A stretch of 64,000 nt of DNA from Tepidisphaeraceae bacterium (GTDB taxonomy: Bacteria; Planctomycetota; Phycisphaerae; Tepidisphaerales; Tepidisphaeraceae), in contig CBDCBA010000011.1 of the NCBI GenBank assembly GCA_965214125.1, positions 1 to 64,000 of the forward strand, read 5' to 3'. Shown here one piece after another: positions 34,681 through 42,931 of this stretch. Position 1 is the stretch's first letter. Each line of letters begins with the position of its first letter. The translations under genes and the position numbers were made by a program. The notes below the pieces were generated by a model. That model ran no database searches. It was not told where the DNA came from and saw only the letters and a list, made by a program, of their open reading frames with translations.

Positions 34681-35427
34681 ATGACTCACCTTCCGCAAAC
34701 GCTCGGCGTCGTCCTCGCCCGCGCCGGTAGCCAGGGGCTGCCGGGCAAGCACCTGCGCGCCCTCCTGGGCCGCCCGGTGATCGCGCACGCCTTCGACCAC
34801 GCCGTCGCGGCCGAGACGTTGTCGCGCGTGGTCGTCACGAGCGACTGCCCGACGATTCGCCGCCTCGCCGCGGAGCGCCGGCTGCCGAGCGTGGAGCGTC
34901 CGCCGGAGCTTTGCACGAGCGACGCGAGCGTGCAGGACACGCTGCTGCACGCCCTTGACGCCGTCGAAGCCCGCACGAGTTGGCGGGCGGAGGCGATCGT
35001 GATTCTCTACGGCAACGTGCCGGTGCGACCGGTCGGCGCGATCGACCGCTGCGTGCGCCACTTGGCCGAGACCGGCTGTTGCAGCGTCCGGACGTTCGCC
35101 CCGGTCGGCAAGTGGCACCCCGGCTGGATGGCCGCCCTCGACGGCGACGTGGTCCGCCCGACGCGGCCCGGCAGCATCCACCGGCGGCAGGATTTGGAGC
35201 CGTTGTTCCTTCACGATGGCGGCTGCGTCGCGATGAGCCGCGCCGCCCTCGAGCGTGGCCGGAGTGAGCCAGGTGACCCGCACGCGATGTTCGGGGTCGA
35301 CCGCCGCGGCGTGCAGGTGGAGGCGGGCGCAACGGTGGAGGTCGATTGCGAGCGCGACCTGTTCCTCGCCGAAGCCGCCCTGCGGGCGCGGGGCTCGGCC
35401 GGGATGGCGATTCGCATGGCCGCTTGA
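34681..35427 (+). CDS. neuA: Acylneuraminate (CMP-nonulosonic acid) cytidylyltransferase
   Basis: LGVVLARAGSQGLPGKHLRALLGRPVIAHAF...VVVTSD matches the NeuA/KdsB-type motif (AR.GSKG.P.KN...L.GKPLI). Confidence 0.8.
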   Translation: MTHLPQTLGVVLARAGSQGLPGKHLRALLGRPVIAHAFDHAVAAETLSRVVVTSDCPTIRRLAAERRLPSVERPPELCTSDASVQDTLLHALDAVEARTSWRAEAIVILYGNVPVRPVGAIDRCVRHLAETGCCSVRTFAPVGKWHPGWMAALDGDVVRPTRPGSIHRRQDLEPLFLHDGGCVAMSRAALERGRSEPGDPHAMFGVDRRGVQVEAGATVEVDCERDLFLAEAALRARGSAGMAIRMAA

Positions 35428-35452
35428 GTCGATTCGGCCGATCAACCGTACC

Positions 35453-36532
35453 ATGCCGCCCGATTCTTCCGATCCCGTTCTGCGCCTCGGCGACCGCAAC
35501 GTCGGCATCGGTGCGCCGGCTTTTGTAATCGCGGAGATCGGCGTCAACCACGATGGCAGCGTCACGCGCGCCCTCGAGCTTGTCGGCCACGCCCGCGACG
35601 CCGGGGCAGACGCGATCAAGCTGCAACTCTTTTCTGCGGGCCGCCTCGTTCACCCCTGCGCGGGCTTGGCCGATTACCAGCGGACCGCGGGCGAGACGGA
35701 CCAAACGGCCATGCTGCGTCGCTTCGAGCTGGCCGCGGGCGAGGTGCAACGCATCGTCGACGCCGCCCGCGATGCCGGCCTCGTGCCGCTGGCAACGCCG
35801 TTCTCTCCTGAAGATTTGGAGCAAATCGAGCGGCTGGATTTGCCGGCGATCAAGCTGGCGTCGCCGGACCTCGTCAACCCGCTGTTGCTCGATGCGGCGG
35901 CCGACTCGGGCCGGGCCATCCTCGCCAGTACGGGCGCGGCGGACGAGGCGGAGATTATCTGGGCGGCCGACCGGCTGCGCGGCCGTCACGCCCCGTTCGC
36001 CCTGCTGCACTGCGTCAGCAGCTACCCCACGCCCGACCCCGCGGCGCAGCTGCGGCGGGTCGACACGCTTCGCCGCACAGGCGAGTGGGTCGTCGGGCTG
36101 AGCGACCACACGCAGAGTGAACTCGCCGGTGCGCTTGCGGTCGCGGCGGGCGCGAGCGTGATCGAGAAGCACCTGACCCACGACCGCCGCGCCGCCGGTC
36201 CCGACCACGCGGCCAGTGCCGACCCGTTGATGTTCCGCCGCTACGTCGAGGCCATTCGTCAGGCCGAGGTCTTGCTCGGCGACGGCCGCGGCGAGCGTGT
36301 GCCACAAGCGTGTGAGGCGGACGTGCGCCGGGAAAGCCGCCAATCTCTCGTTGCCCGCGTTGACATTTCGGCCGGGGCGACAATTGCGCGGTGGATGCTC
36401 ACCTGTCAGCGGCCGGGGACCGGTTTGCCGGCGGCAATGCTCGATGCCGTAATCGGCCAGCGAACTGCGCGACCGCTGCTCGCGGGCGCGATGCTTCAGT
36501 CGGACGACCTTGTCCGCCGGGAGGCCGCGTGA
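35453..36532 (+). CDS. neuB: N-acetylneuraminate (nonulosonic acid) synthase
   Basis: AFVIAEIGVNHDGSVTRALELVGHARDAGADAIKLQ (NeuB TIM-barrel N-terminus) and a C-terminal SAF/antifreeze-like domain. Confidence 0.85.
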   Translation: MPPDSSDPVLRLGDRNVGIGAPAFVIAEIGVNHDGSVTRALELVGHARDAGADAIKLQLFSAGRLVHPCAGLADYQRTAGETDQTAMLRRFELAAGEVQRIVDAARDAGLVPLATPFSPEDLEQIERLDLPAIKLASPDLVNPLLLDAAADSGRAILASTGAADEAEIIWAADRLRGRHAPFALLHCVSSYPTPDPAAQLRRVDTLRRTGEWVVGLSDHTQSELAGALAVAAGASVIEKHLTHDRRAAGPDHAASADPLMFRRYVEAIRQAEVLLGDGRGERVPQACEADVRRESRQSLVARVDISAGATIARWMLTCQRPGTGLPAAMLDAVIGQRTARPLLAGAMLQSDDLVRREAA

Positions 36533-37725
36533 TTTCACCGGCGCCCACGTCTGTTCGCGAGCAGCCGACGATCGCCGCGCCGCCGCGCGTGCGTCGGCGG
36601 GTCTGCTTCGTCACCGGCACCCGCGCCGAGTACGGCCTGATGCGGACCACGCTCGACGCGCTCGACCAGCACGCGGGCATCGAGCCGCAGTTGATCGCGA
36701 CGGGCACGCACCTCGACCCGTCCCACGGCCGCACGGTCGCCGACATTCGCGGCGAGGGGCGGCGCGTTCACGCGGAAGTCTCGTGGCCAGCGACAAGCGA
36801 CCGCTTCGCCTACGCCGCCGCAGTCGGGCGGGCGACGGCCGATCTTGCCGCCGCTTACGCGAAGGTTCGGCCCGACGTCGTGCTGGTCGTCGGCGACCGC
36901 GTGGAGGCCTTTGCCGCGGCGCAGGCGGCGCACCTGGCGGGCGTTGCCGTCGCACATGTCCACGGCGGCGACCGCGCGACGGGACAGGCCGATGACGCGC
37001 TGCGTCACGCGACCACCAAGCTCGCCCACCTCCACCTCGCCGCGACACCGACCAGCGCCGAACGCATCCTGAAACTCGGCGAGGACCCGTGGCGGGTCCA
37101 CGCCGTTGGCGCGCCTGGGATCGACGGGATCACCGAGCACGCCGCCGCCCGTTCGGAGGTCGCGGTGGCGGTCGGCGATGGGCCCTTCGCCTTACTGATT
37201 TATCACCCGACGCGCGACGACGACGCGGGCGAGTGGGCGGGCACGCGGCGACTGCTCGACGCGCTGCTCCGTGCGGGCGTTCCGAAGGTGGTGGCAATTG
37301 GGCCCAACAACGATCCGGGCCACCGCGGCATCGCCGGCTGCCTGTCCCGCGCGGCCGCGACCGACCGGCGGGTCCGGCTCTTCGCCAACCTGCCGCGCCC
37401 GCTGCTGCTGGGCCTGATGCGCGATGCGGCGCTGATGATCGGCAACAGCAGCAGCGGCATCATTGAGGCTGCCAGCTTCGGCCTACCCGTGATCGACGTC
37501 GGCCCCCGCCAACACGGCCGCGAACGCGGCGGCAACGTGTGCCACGTCGACGATCGCCCCGCCGACCTGTCGTCGGCCGTCCAAGCCATCTGGAACGACG
37601 GCCGACCCCAGCGATGGGCCGGCACCAACGTCTACGGCGGCACCGGCGCCGGCGAACGGATCGCCCAACTGCTCGCGACCACGCCGATCACCCCGGCATT
37701 TTTACGGAAGACCATCGCGTACTGA
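36529..37725 (+). CDS. neuC: UDP-N-acetylglucosamine 2-epimerase (hydrolysing), NeuC-type
   Basis: RRVCFVTGTRAEYGLM...(GDRVEAFAAAQAAHLAGVAVAHVHGGD)...HLAATPTSAERI matches non-hydrolysing/hydrolysing UDP-GlcNAc 2-epimerase family. A GTG at 36529 overlaps the neuB stop (GTGA); a GTG ~60 nt later is an alternative start. Confidence 0.8.
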   Translation: MISPAPTSVREQPTIAAPPRVRRRVCFVTGTRAEYGLMRTTLDALDQHAGIEPQLIATGTHLDPSHGRTVADIRGEGRRVHAEVSWPATSDRFAYAAAVGRATADLAAAYAKVRPDVVLVVGDRVEAFAAAQAAHLAGVAVAHVHGGDRATGQADDALRHATTKLAHLHLAATPTSAERILKLGEDPWRVHAVGAPGIDGITEHAAARSEVAVAVGDGPFALLIYHPTRDDDAGEWAGTRRLLDALLRAGVPKVVAIGPNNDPGHRGIAGCLSRAAATDRRVRLFANLPRPLLLGLMRDAALMIGNSSSGIIEAASFGLPVIDVGPRQHGRERGGNVCHVDDRPADLSSAVQAIWNDGRPQRWAGTNVYGGTGAGERIAQLLATTPITPAFLRKTIAY

Positions 37726-37804
37726 AGCAACACAGGTAACGTTCCCCCGCGTCGATGTCCCGCTAGTCGCGGAGCTTGCCCCACGCAGGACCTTTAAACA
37801 GCTA

Positions 37805-38077
37805 CTAGATCACCACCTCGATCGTCAGCCCGGCGATCCGCTCCACGTCGAACGGGATGCGCTGTTCGAACACGTCGTCCGCGAGGACGGCGGTGCCGAT
37901 CGCGATGATCCAACCTTCCTCGATCACGAGATCGCGTACGAGTTCTCCACCGCTGAGGGTGGCGGTGGCGACGACCGTGCATTTGCGCGGCGGAACGTCT
38001 TGGCCGCGCAGCCAGTCGCGCCAACGGGACGGCAATAGTTTGGCCAGCCGGTTGCGGGGCGGCGTGCGGTGAGCCAT
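37805..38077 (-). CDS. Small hypothetical protein (second gene of a two-gene minus-strand pair)
   Basis: 90-aa ORF 9 nt downstream of 38086..38577 on the same strand; no recognisable motif. Confidence 0.3.
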   Translation of the reverse strand: MAHRTPPRNRLAKLLPSRWRDWLRGQDVPPRKCTVVATATLSGGELVRDLVIEEGWIIAIGTAVLADDVFEQRIPFDVERIAGLTIEVVI

Positions 38078-38085
38078 GCCGGCAC

Positions 38086-38577
38086 CTACGGCGAGACACG
38101 CTCGGCGCGGACGCCGTCACGCTCGGGGATCTTGATGATGGCCTGACCCTCCCTGGTGTACACGTCGTGCCACTGGTCGGTGCCGGGGGCCGCCACCTCG
38201 CGGGACTGCGCTTCCATCTGGTTCACCTGCATCCCAGCCCTTGCGTCGTCGGCGTTCTGGCTCCGGAGCATCATCTCCAGCGCCTGCGGGTTGAAGCGCT
38301 CGAGGTAGGCCACCGTCGGCTCGTCACCGGGGAACTGGAAGACGTGCGCCTGCACGACGGGCTGGCCATCGGCTCCTTTGGCCCGCAACGCCTGACGCTC
38401 GGCGGGCTCGTACGTCTGGCCTTTGTCGGAGGTGATGAAGATCTCGCCCGACCCGGTGCTCGGGCCGCCGAACACGCCGAAGTTCCAAAGCAGCAGGAGG
38501 ATGCCGAGCACCACCAGAACGCCGAAAATGGCGTAGGCGACGGCGGGCTTCTCGTTGATTGTGTCGCGTAGACCCAT
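38086..38577 (-). CDS. Hypothetical membrane-anchored protein (N-terminal TM, periplasmic domain)
   Basis: KPAVAYAIFGVLVVLGILLLLWNFGV TM anchor followed by a soluble ~120-aa domain. Confidence 0.45.
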   Translation of the reverse strand: MGLRDTINEKPAVAYAIFGVLVVLGILLLLWNFGVFGGPSTGSGEIFITSDKGQTYEPAERQALRAKGADGQPVVQAHVFQFPGDEPTVAYLERFNPQALEMMLRSQNADDARAGMQVNQMEAQSREVAAPGTDQWHDVYTREGQAIIKIPERDGVRAERVSP

Positions 38578-38806
38578 CGGGGCGATTGTTGTCGTGAAAG
38601 CTTAGGGGAAGGTACAACTGGGGCTGGCGACCAGGCGACACGCGCAAAGGCCGTCCGTTGCCGATTGTGACGGATCGGCCGCGGCGTGTCATCTTCGATT
38701 GCCAAAATGTTCGCGAAATCTGTCCGGCCGGCGATCGCGTGCGGGGGAAGCGCTGTTCGCCTTTGACGGTTCCTTGGTTCGCCGGGCCCCGGTAGGTTCG
38801 TCAGCC

Positions 38807-39109
38807 GTGACGACGGCTCAGCCCCAACCTTCGCCCCCACCCCCTCCGCCACCTTCGGCCGAACCTTCGGCTCGATCCGCGCCCACCGTCGGCGTCCCCG
38901 GCTCGTCTTCGATCGACCCGACGACGGCAGCGGCGATGGACGCCTCGCGGGACCGTCCGGCGCGAGTCGACGGCGACGCCGGTGTGGCGTCGGCGGTCGA
39001 GCACGCTCGCGGCGTGGCCTACGAGTGGATCCGGGAGCGGCCCGTTGTGGCCGTTGCCGCCGCGGCGGGCGTCGGAGCGGCCCTCGCCTGGCTCGCCCGT
39101 CGCAGTTGA
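38807..39109 (+). CDS. DUF883 (ElaB/YqjD-like) C-terminal-anchored membrane protein
   Basis: C-terminus EWIRERPVVAVAAAAGVGAALAWLARRS matches the YqjD/ElaB tail-anchor motif; Pro-rich N-terminal region. GTG start chosen; the start is uncertain (ORF extends to 38699). Confidence 0.45.
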   Translation: MTTAQPQPSPPPPPPPSAEPSARSAPTVGVPGSSSIDPTTAAAMDASRDRPARVDGDAGVASAVEHARGVAYEWIRERPVVAVAAAAGVGAALAWLARRS

Positions 39110-39190
39110 CGCTCGACCCGCCGTTCGCCCGACGCCCGTCCGACGCGCCAGACGTTCTTCCCTCCCCGCAGCCCTCGGCCCCCGATCCCG

Positions 39191-39862
39191 TTGACGCAGC
39201 GCACGCCCCCTGTTCCCCCGACCGCCGTCCGCGACGGTTCCGCCCGGCCCACCGACGCTCCCCGCTCGCAAGCCGCCCCGCCGCCTCCTCCCCCGCCGGC
39301 GTCGCCGCCTCCGCCGGAGCCAGAAGCGGCGACCGGCCCAGGCGTTGGCGCTGACGCGGTGCGCGAACTCAAGGCGGCCGCGGGCAACTTGGGCGAGGTG
39401 GCCGCCTACGCGCAGCAGTTTGTCGAGGCGAAGGTGTCGGGCGTCGCCTACATGATCCGCAAGGTCGTGATGATGGCGGTCCTGGGCGTGGTCGCGGGAC
39501 TGGCGGGCGTGAGCATCGTCGTAACGGCGGCCGCGCTGCTGGTGATCGGGCTCGGCCAGGCAATCGCGACGATCATGCCGGCGGGCTTCGCCTGGGCCGG
39601 CAACGTCATCGTCGGGCTGCTCGGCGTCATCATTTCGGCTGGCGGGGCGTGGCTGATTGTCCGTCGCGCCGCCGCCGCCGGCCGCGAGGCTGCCGCCCAG
39701 CACTACCGCGAACGATTGCAAGAGCAGCGTAAGAACCTCGGCATCGACGCCATGACGCGCGTCGCCCAGCACGAGCAACGCACCGGCAAGAGCGAGCGCA
39801 AGCATCAGGATTCTCACCCCGCCGACGTCAGCGGCGACGCGGAAGCACTCCGGAACGAGTAG
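39191..39862 (+). CDS. YqjE-like (DUF1469, holin-X superfamily) membrane protein
   Basis: Two TM hairpin (MMAVLGVVAGLAGVSIVVTAAALLVIGL ... WAGNVIVGLLGVIISAGGAWLIV) followed by a basic C-terminus; Pro-rich N-terminus. It sits between the DUF883 and YqjK-like genes, mirroring E. coli yqjD-yqjE-yqjK. Confidence 0.5.
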   Translation: MTQRTPPVPPTAVRDGSARPTDAPRSQAAPPPPPPPASPPPPEPEAATGPGVGADAVRELKAAAGNLGEVAAYAQQFVEAKVSGVAYMIRKVVMMAVLGVVAGLAGVSIVVTAAALLVIGLGQAIATIMPAGFAWAGNVIVGLLGVIISAGGAWLIVRRAAAAGREAAAQHYRERLQEQRKNLGIDAMTRVAQHEQRTGKSERKHQDSHPADVSGDAEALRNE

Positions 39863-39900
39863 TCAAATCCAGCCCGCCCCGCGGGCAACAGGACGAACCC

Positions 39901-40458
39901 ATGGGCCTATTCAAGCCAAAAGTTGATCGCGACGAGGTGAACCCGGACGAGCCGCAGTCGCCGGCGATGGCGGTGCTGGACACCGTGCAGCCGCTTCAGG
40001 TCGAGGGCGGCGAGGGCAAGATCCACGAAATGCAGGCGCGGCACGCCCGCGTGGCGATGACGCAGGCGATCGCCGAGGCCAAGCAGCATCTTGCCGCCGC
40101 CGCCGATCCCCGGCCGGTTGTCAAACGTTACCCGATGGCCGCCGTCGGCGGCGCGGCGGTTGTGGGCTTCCTGGGCACGTACCTTGCCATCCCAAGCGAC
40201 AAGCAGAAGGCCGCCGATCGGCTGCTTGCGATCGAGAAGGCCCTGCGGGCCGAGTCCGCCTGGGGCGGGCGCGGCCAGGCGGGCGGCAGCCCGTCGCTCG
40301 GCAAGCGAATTGTCAACATCGGCTTGCGCTACGCCAAGCCGACGTTGCTGAGCTTCGTCACGAGTGCCCTCACCGGCGCCGCCGGCGGAGCCGCGGTGGC
40401 CGACAACGACGCGAGCGGCCCAGTCGGACCGCCTCCCCCCGCACCGCCAGCCGTTTGA
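39901..40458 (+). CDS. Hypothetical protein (YqjK-position; one TM)
   Basis: 185-aa ORF with a central hydrophobic segment (YPMAAVGGAAVVGFLGTYLAI) and a Gly/Ala/Pro-rich C-terminus. Confidence 0.4.
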   Translation: MGLFKPKVDRDEVNPDEPQSPAMAVLDTVQPLQVEGGEGKIHEMQARHARVAMTQAIAEAKQHLAAAADPRPVVKRYPMAAVGGAAVVGFLGTYLAIPSDKQKAADRLLAIEKALRAESAWGGRGQAGGSPSLGKRIVNIGLRYAKPTLLSFVTSALTGAAGGAAVADNDASGPVGPPPPAPPAV

Positions 40459-40571
40459 ATGGCTGTGCCAGGCGCGGTTTATGGTTGCGAAGCAGCCCGA
40501 AACGGGGTATTCATATGGGGTCGCCCGCCTCCCGCGAGCGACTTGACTTCTTGCCCGTTATTGGACCTGCC

Positions 40572-40769
40572 ATGACCCGACTCCTGCTTGCCCTCGTTCC
40601 GGTCATGTGCCTTTTGCCGCTTGGTGTAAACCCATCCGTCAAGCCGGCCGAGCCGCTTCCGCAGGTCGAGGTACAACAAGAGGTTGCCGAGACCGGCCGC
40701 CTGCGCAAGTTACATCTGGTGCGGCCCGACCTGATCCCGTATCCCGTGGCGTACGACATCTATTGCTAG
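40572..40769 (+). CDS. Possible small secreted peptide (65 aa) in a lower-GC islet
   Basis: MTRLLLALVPVMCLLPLGVNPSVKPAEP signal-peptide-like start; no SD; local GC clearly below surroundings. Weak. Confidence 0.2.
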   Translation: MTRLLLALVPVMCLLPLGVNPSVKPAEPLPQVEVQQEVAETGRLRKLHLVRPDLIPYPVAYDIYC

Positions 40770-40784
40770 AGCGTCTGTGGTTGT

Positions 40785-40845
40785 AGGGTGAGCACGGCCC
40801 ACCTCCGGATCCCGATGTTGGGCCGTGCCCACCCTCCGGCTCATC
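40785..40845. repeat. Hairpin/REP-like variant (gtagggtgagcacggcccacctccgg ... ggccgtgcccaccctccgg)
   Basis: 17-bp imperfect IR beginning with the same gtagggtg as family A; lies between a small + ORF and the convergent GH144-like gene. Confidence 0.45.
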
Positions 40846-40897
40846 GTGGTTGCTTCAACGTCCAATCTAGACTTCAGCGTGTCAAGCCGAGTTTGAT

Positions 40898-42301
40898 CTA
40901 CCCCTCCAACCACCCGCCGGTGAAGCCTGCCCGGCGTAAGCCGCGTGCCATCGGGATGCTTTGCCGCGCGTGACGCCAGACGGCGTCGCAGAGGTGATTG
41001 CCGGCCATCATCGTGATCGGCGCCTGCTCGATCGCCAGGTCGTGTTCGTCGACCCAGCCGTGGGGGCAGTCGGGGTCGATGTACGTCTGGTTGTAGCTCC
41101 CCAGGAACCCGCTCCAGCCCGGCTTGCAGAGCGTGACGTCGCGATGTGCCCGAATGGCAGCGATGGTCTCGATCGGCAGGAACGGCAGGCTCGCAGCGGC
41201 GGCCCACGGAGCGAGGGTGCCGTCGTCGACCACCCCACCCGGCGGCGACAGCCCACGCTCGACGTAGCCGTGAAACCGCAACTTTCGACCGTCGCGGCGG
41301 AGCTGCGTCGCGTGCTCGATGCCCGGCCCGTTGCTGGCGCTCAGACCCCAGAGGGTGGGGCCATAGCCGTCGAAACCTTGTGGATTACGGGTCGCGTAGT
41401 GAATCTGCGCGAGCGTGCCCCGCCGGGCGTTCTCCATGTAGTCGAAGCCGCGGTCGCGGAAAAAGGGGTCGACGATTCCGCGTAGGTCGAGGAACGCGTG
41501 CGGGAACTGATGGGCGAACAGCGGCGGGCAGTGCAGGTGCTCGACGCCCTCCACCGTTGCCCAATCCCGCTCGTACGTTGCACACCAGGCGGTGTAGCTT
41601 TCGGGCGGGACCGCGTGGGTGGTCGAGCCGAGGGCGAGGATGTACAGCAGCAGCCCTTCACTGTAGCCGTCCCATTCGCACCGGAGAAACCCGTCGCGGC
41701 CGTGCCCCGCACGCTGCCGCCCGACCGCCTCGGGCCGCCAACCGTGGGAGAGGCGGCCGCCGGGGCGCAGCATGAACCCGAAGTCGACGCGGTCGTAGAT
41801 CGTTGCCACACCGGCCCGCAACTCGACGGCGTCGGCCTCGTCCTGATCGAAGGCCGCGGCGGCGATCAGCAGGCCCGCCAGGAGCAACGCCGTGTCGATC
41901 GTGCTGAGCTCGCTTCGCCACTCGCGATTTCCCTTGTCACGGCCATCCGCTTTGAGAAAGTGGTAGTACCAGCCGCGGTATCCCGCCGCCGTCACGGCCA
42001 CCGTCCGCGTGTCGGCCATGGGCAGGGCGAGGATGCGGCGGACGATCGCCGCGCATCGTCGCTTGGCCTCTTGGCGCGAGACGAGATTCAGCTCCATCGC
42101 CGCCACGTAGGCCGCCGCCGCAAACCCGCAGGCGGCGATGCTGCACGGGCTGTCCCGTTTGGCCGAATCGCGGATCAGCCCACCGTTGAAGGCGTGGTCG
42201 GTGAAGTACCCCATCGCCTCGCCCGCGGTGAGCCGGATGAGCGTGTCATCATCCTCCACCAAGCCAATTTCGGGAAGCGGGACGGGTTCGGTTGGCGGCA
42301 C
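40898..42301 (-). CDS. Glucoamylase-like (alpha/alpha)6-barrel protein, GH144 (endo-beta-1,2-glucanase)-like family
   Basis: DTLIRLTAGEAMGYFTDHAFNGGLIRD...SIAACGFAAAAY...GWYYHFL...GYGPTLWGLSASNGP segments resemble the PF10091 'putative glucoamylase' family. Start placed at a GTG ~42301 to keep the conserved N-terminal region; the upstream part of the 682-aa ORF is a Val/Ala/Gly-rich antisense shadow of gene 42344..42850. Confidence 0.55.
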   Translation of the reverse strand: MPPTEPVPLPEIGLVEDDDTLIRLTAGEAMGYFTDHAFNGGLIRDSAKRDSPCSIAACGFAAAAYVAAMELNLVSRQEAKRRCAAIVRRILALPMADTRTVAVTAAGYRGWYYHFLKADGRDKGNREWRSELSTIDTALLLAGLLIAAAAFDQDEADAVELRAGVATIYDRVDFGFMLRPGGRLSHGWRPEAVGRQRAGHGRDGFLRCEWDGYSEGLLLYILALGSTTHAVPPESYTAWCATYERDWATVEGVEHLHCPPLFAHQFPHAFLDLRGIVDPFFRDRGFDYMENARRGTLAQIHYATRNPQGFDGYGPTLWGLSASNGPGIEHATQLRRDGRKLRFHGYVERGLSPPGGVVDDGTLAPWAAAASLPFLPIETIAAIRAHRDVTLCKPGWSGFLGSYNQTYIDPDCPHGWVDEHDLAIEQAPITMMAGNHLCDAVWRHARQSIPMARGLRRAGFTGGWLEG

Positions 42302-42343
42302 GACGCTTGCATGGTATCCGGCTCCCCCTTTCCAGGAGTCACC

Positions 42344-42850
42344 ATGGCAACTCAAACCGATCCAAAGCACGAGCCCGACCGCAACGAAGACCCCATCACC
42401 GGCTCGCCCGGCAGCCACCCGGCCGGCACGGGCATTGGCGCCGCCAGCGGCGCGGCAACGGGCGCGGCCGTGGGCGCGATTGGCGGCCCGGTCGGCGCCG
42501 TCATCGGCGGCGTGAGCGGCGCGATCGTCGGCGGCCTGATCGGCCACGGCATCGGCGAGGCCGTCGATCCGACCGAAGACGCCTACTGGCGCGAAAACCA
42601 CGCCAGCCGCGACTACTACGACAAAGGCTACGGCTACGACGACTACGAGCCCGCGTACCGCCTCGGCTACAACGCCGCCGAGGCTCGCCGTGGCGACGAC
42701 AAGTACGTTCCGGCCTACGACGACGACACCGACAAGGCCCTTGGCGAGCACTACGACAAGTCGTTCCGCGGCGAGAGCAAGCTCGACTGGGACCGCGCCC
42801 GCCACGCCACCCGCGACGCCTACGAACGCCGCGCTCAGGCCAGCGCGTAA
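42344..42850 (+). CDS. Glycine-zipper membrane protein with charged Tyr/Asp-rich C-terminal domain
   Basis: AGGAG 5 nt before the ATG; GIGAASGAATGAAVGAIGGPVGAVIGGVSGAIVGGLIGHGIG glycine-zipper; C-terminus YWRENHASRDYYDKGYGYDDYEPAYRLGYN. Confidence 0.7.
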   Translation: MATQTDPKHEPDRNEDPITGSPGSHPAGTGIGAASGAATGAAVGAIGGPVGAVIGGVSGAIVGGLIGHGIGEAVDPTEDAYWRENHASRDYYDKGYGYDDYEPAYRLGYNAAEARRGDDKYVPAYDDDTDKALGEHYDKSFRGESKLDWDRARHATRDAYERRAQASA

Positions 42851-42931
42851 CCTTGATCGCGCCATTGCCCCATCGCAATCGGCCGCCCGCCGTCGCACCC
42901 GCGGCGGCGGGCGGCTTCTAAACTTGCAGCC

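Noticed and set aside
34363-36538. Minus-strand ORFs 34363..35619 and 34835..36538 (418 and 567 aa)
   Set aside because: Antisense to neuA/neuB, which have diagnostic motifs.
38801-39817. Minus-strand ORF 38801..39817 (338 aa)
   Set aside because: Antisense to the DUF883-/DUF1469-like genes; Arg/Gly-rich shadow.
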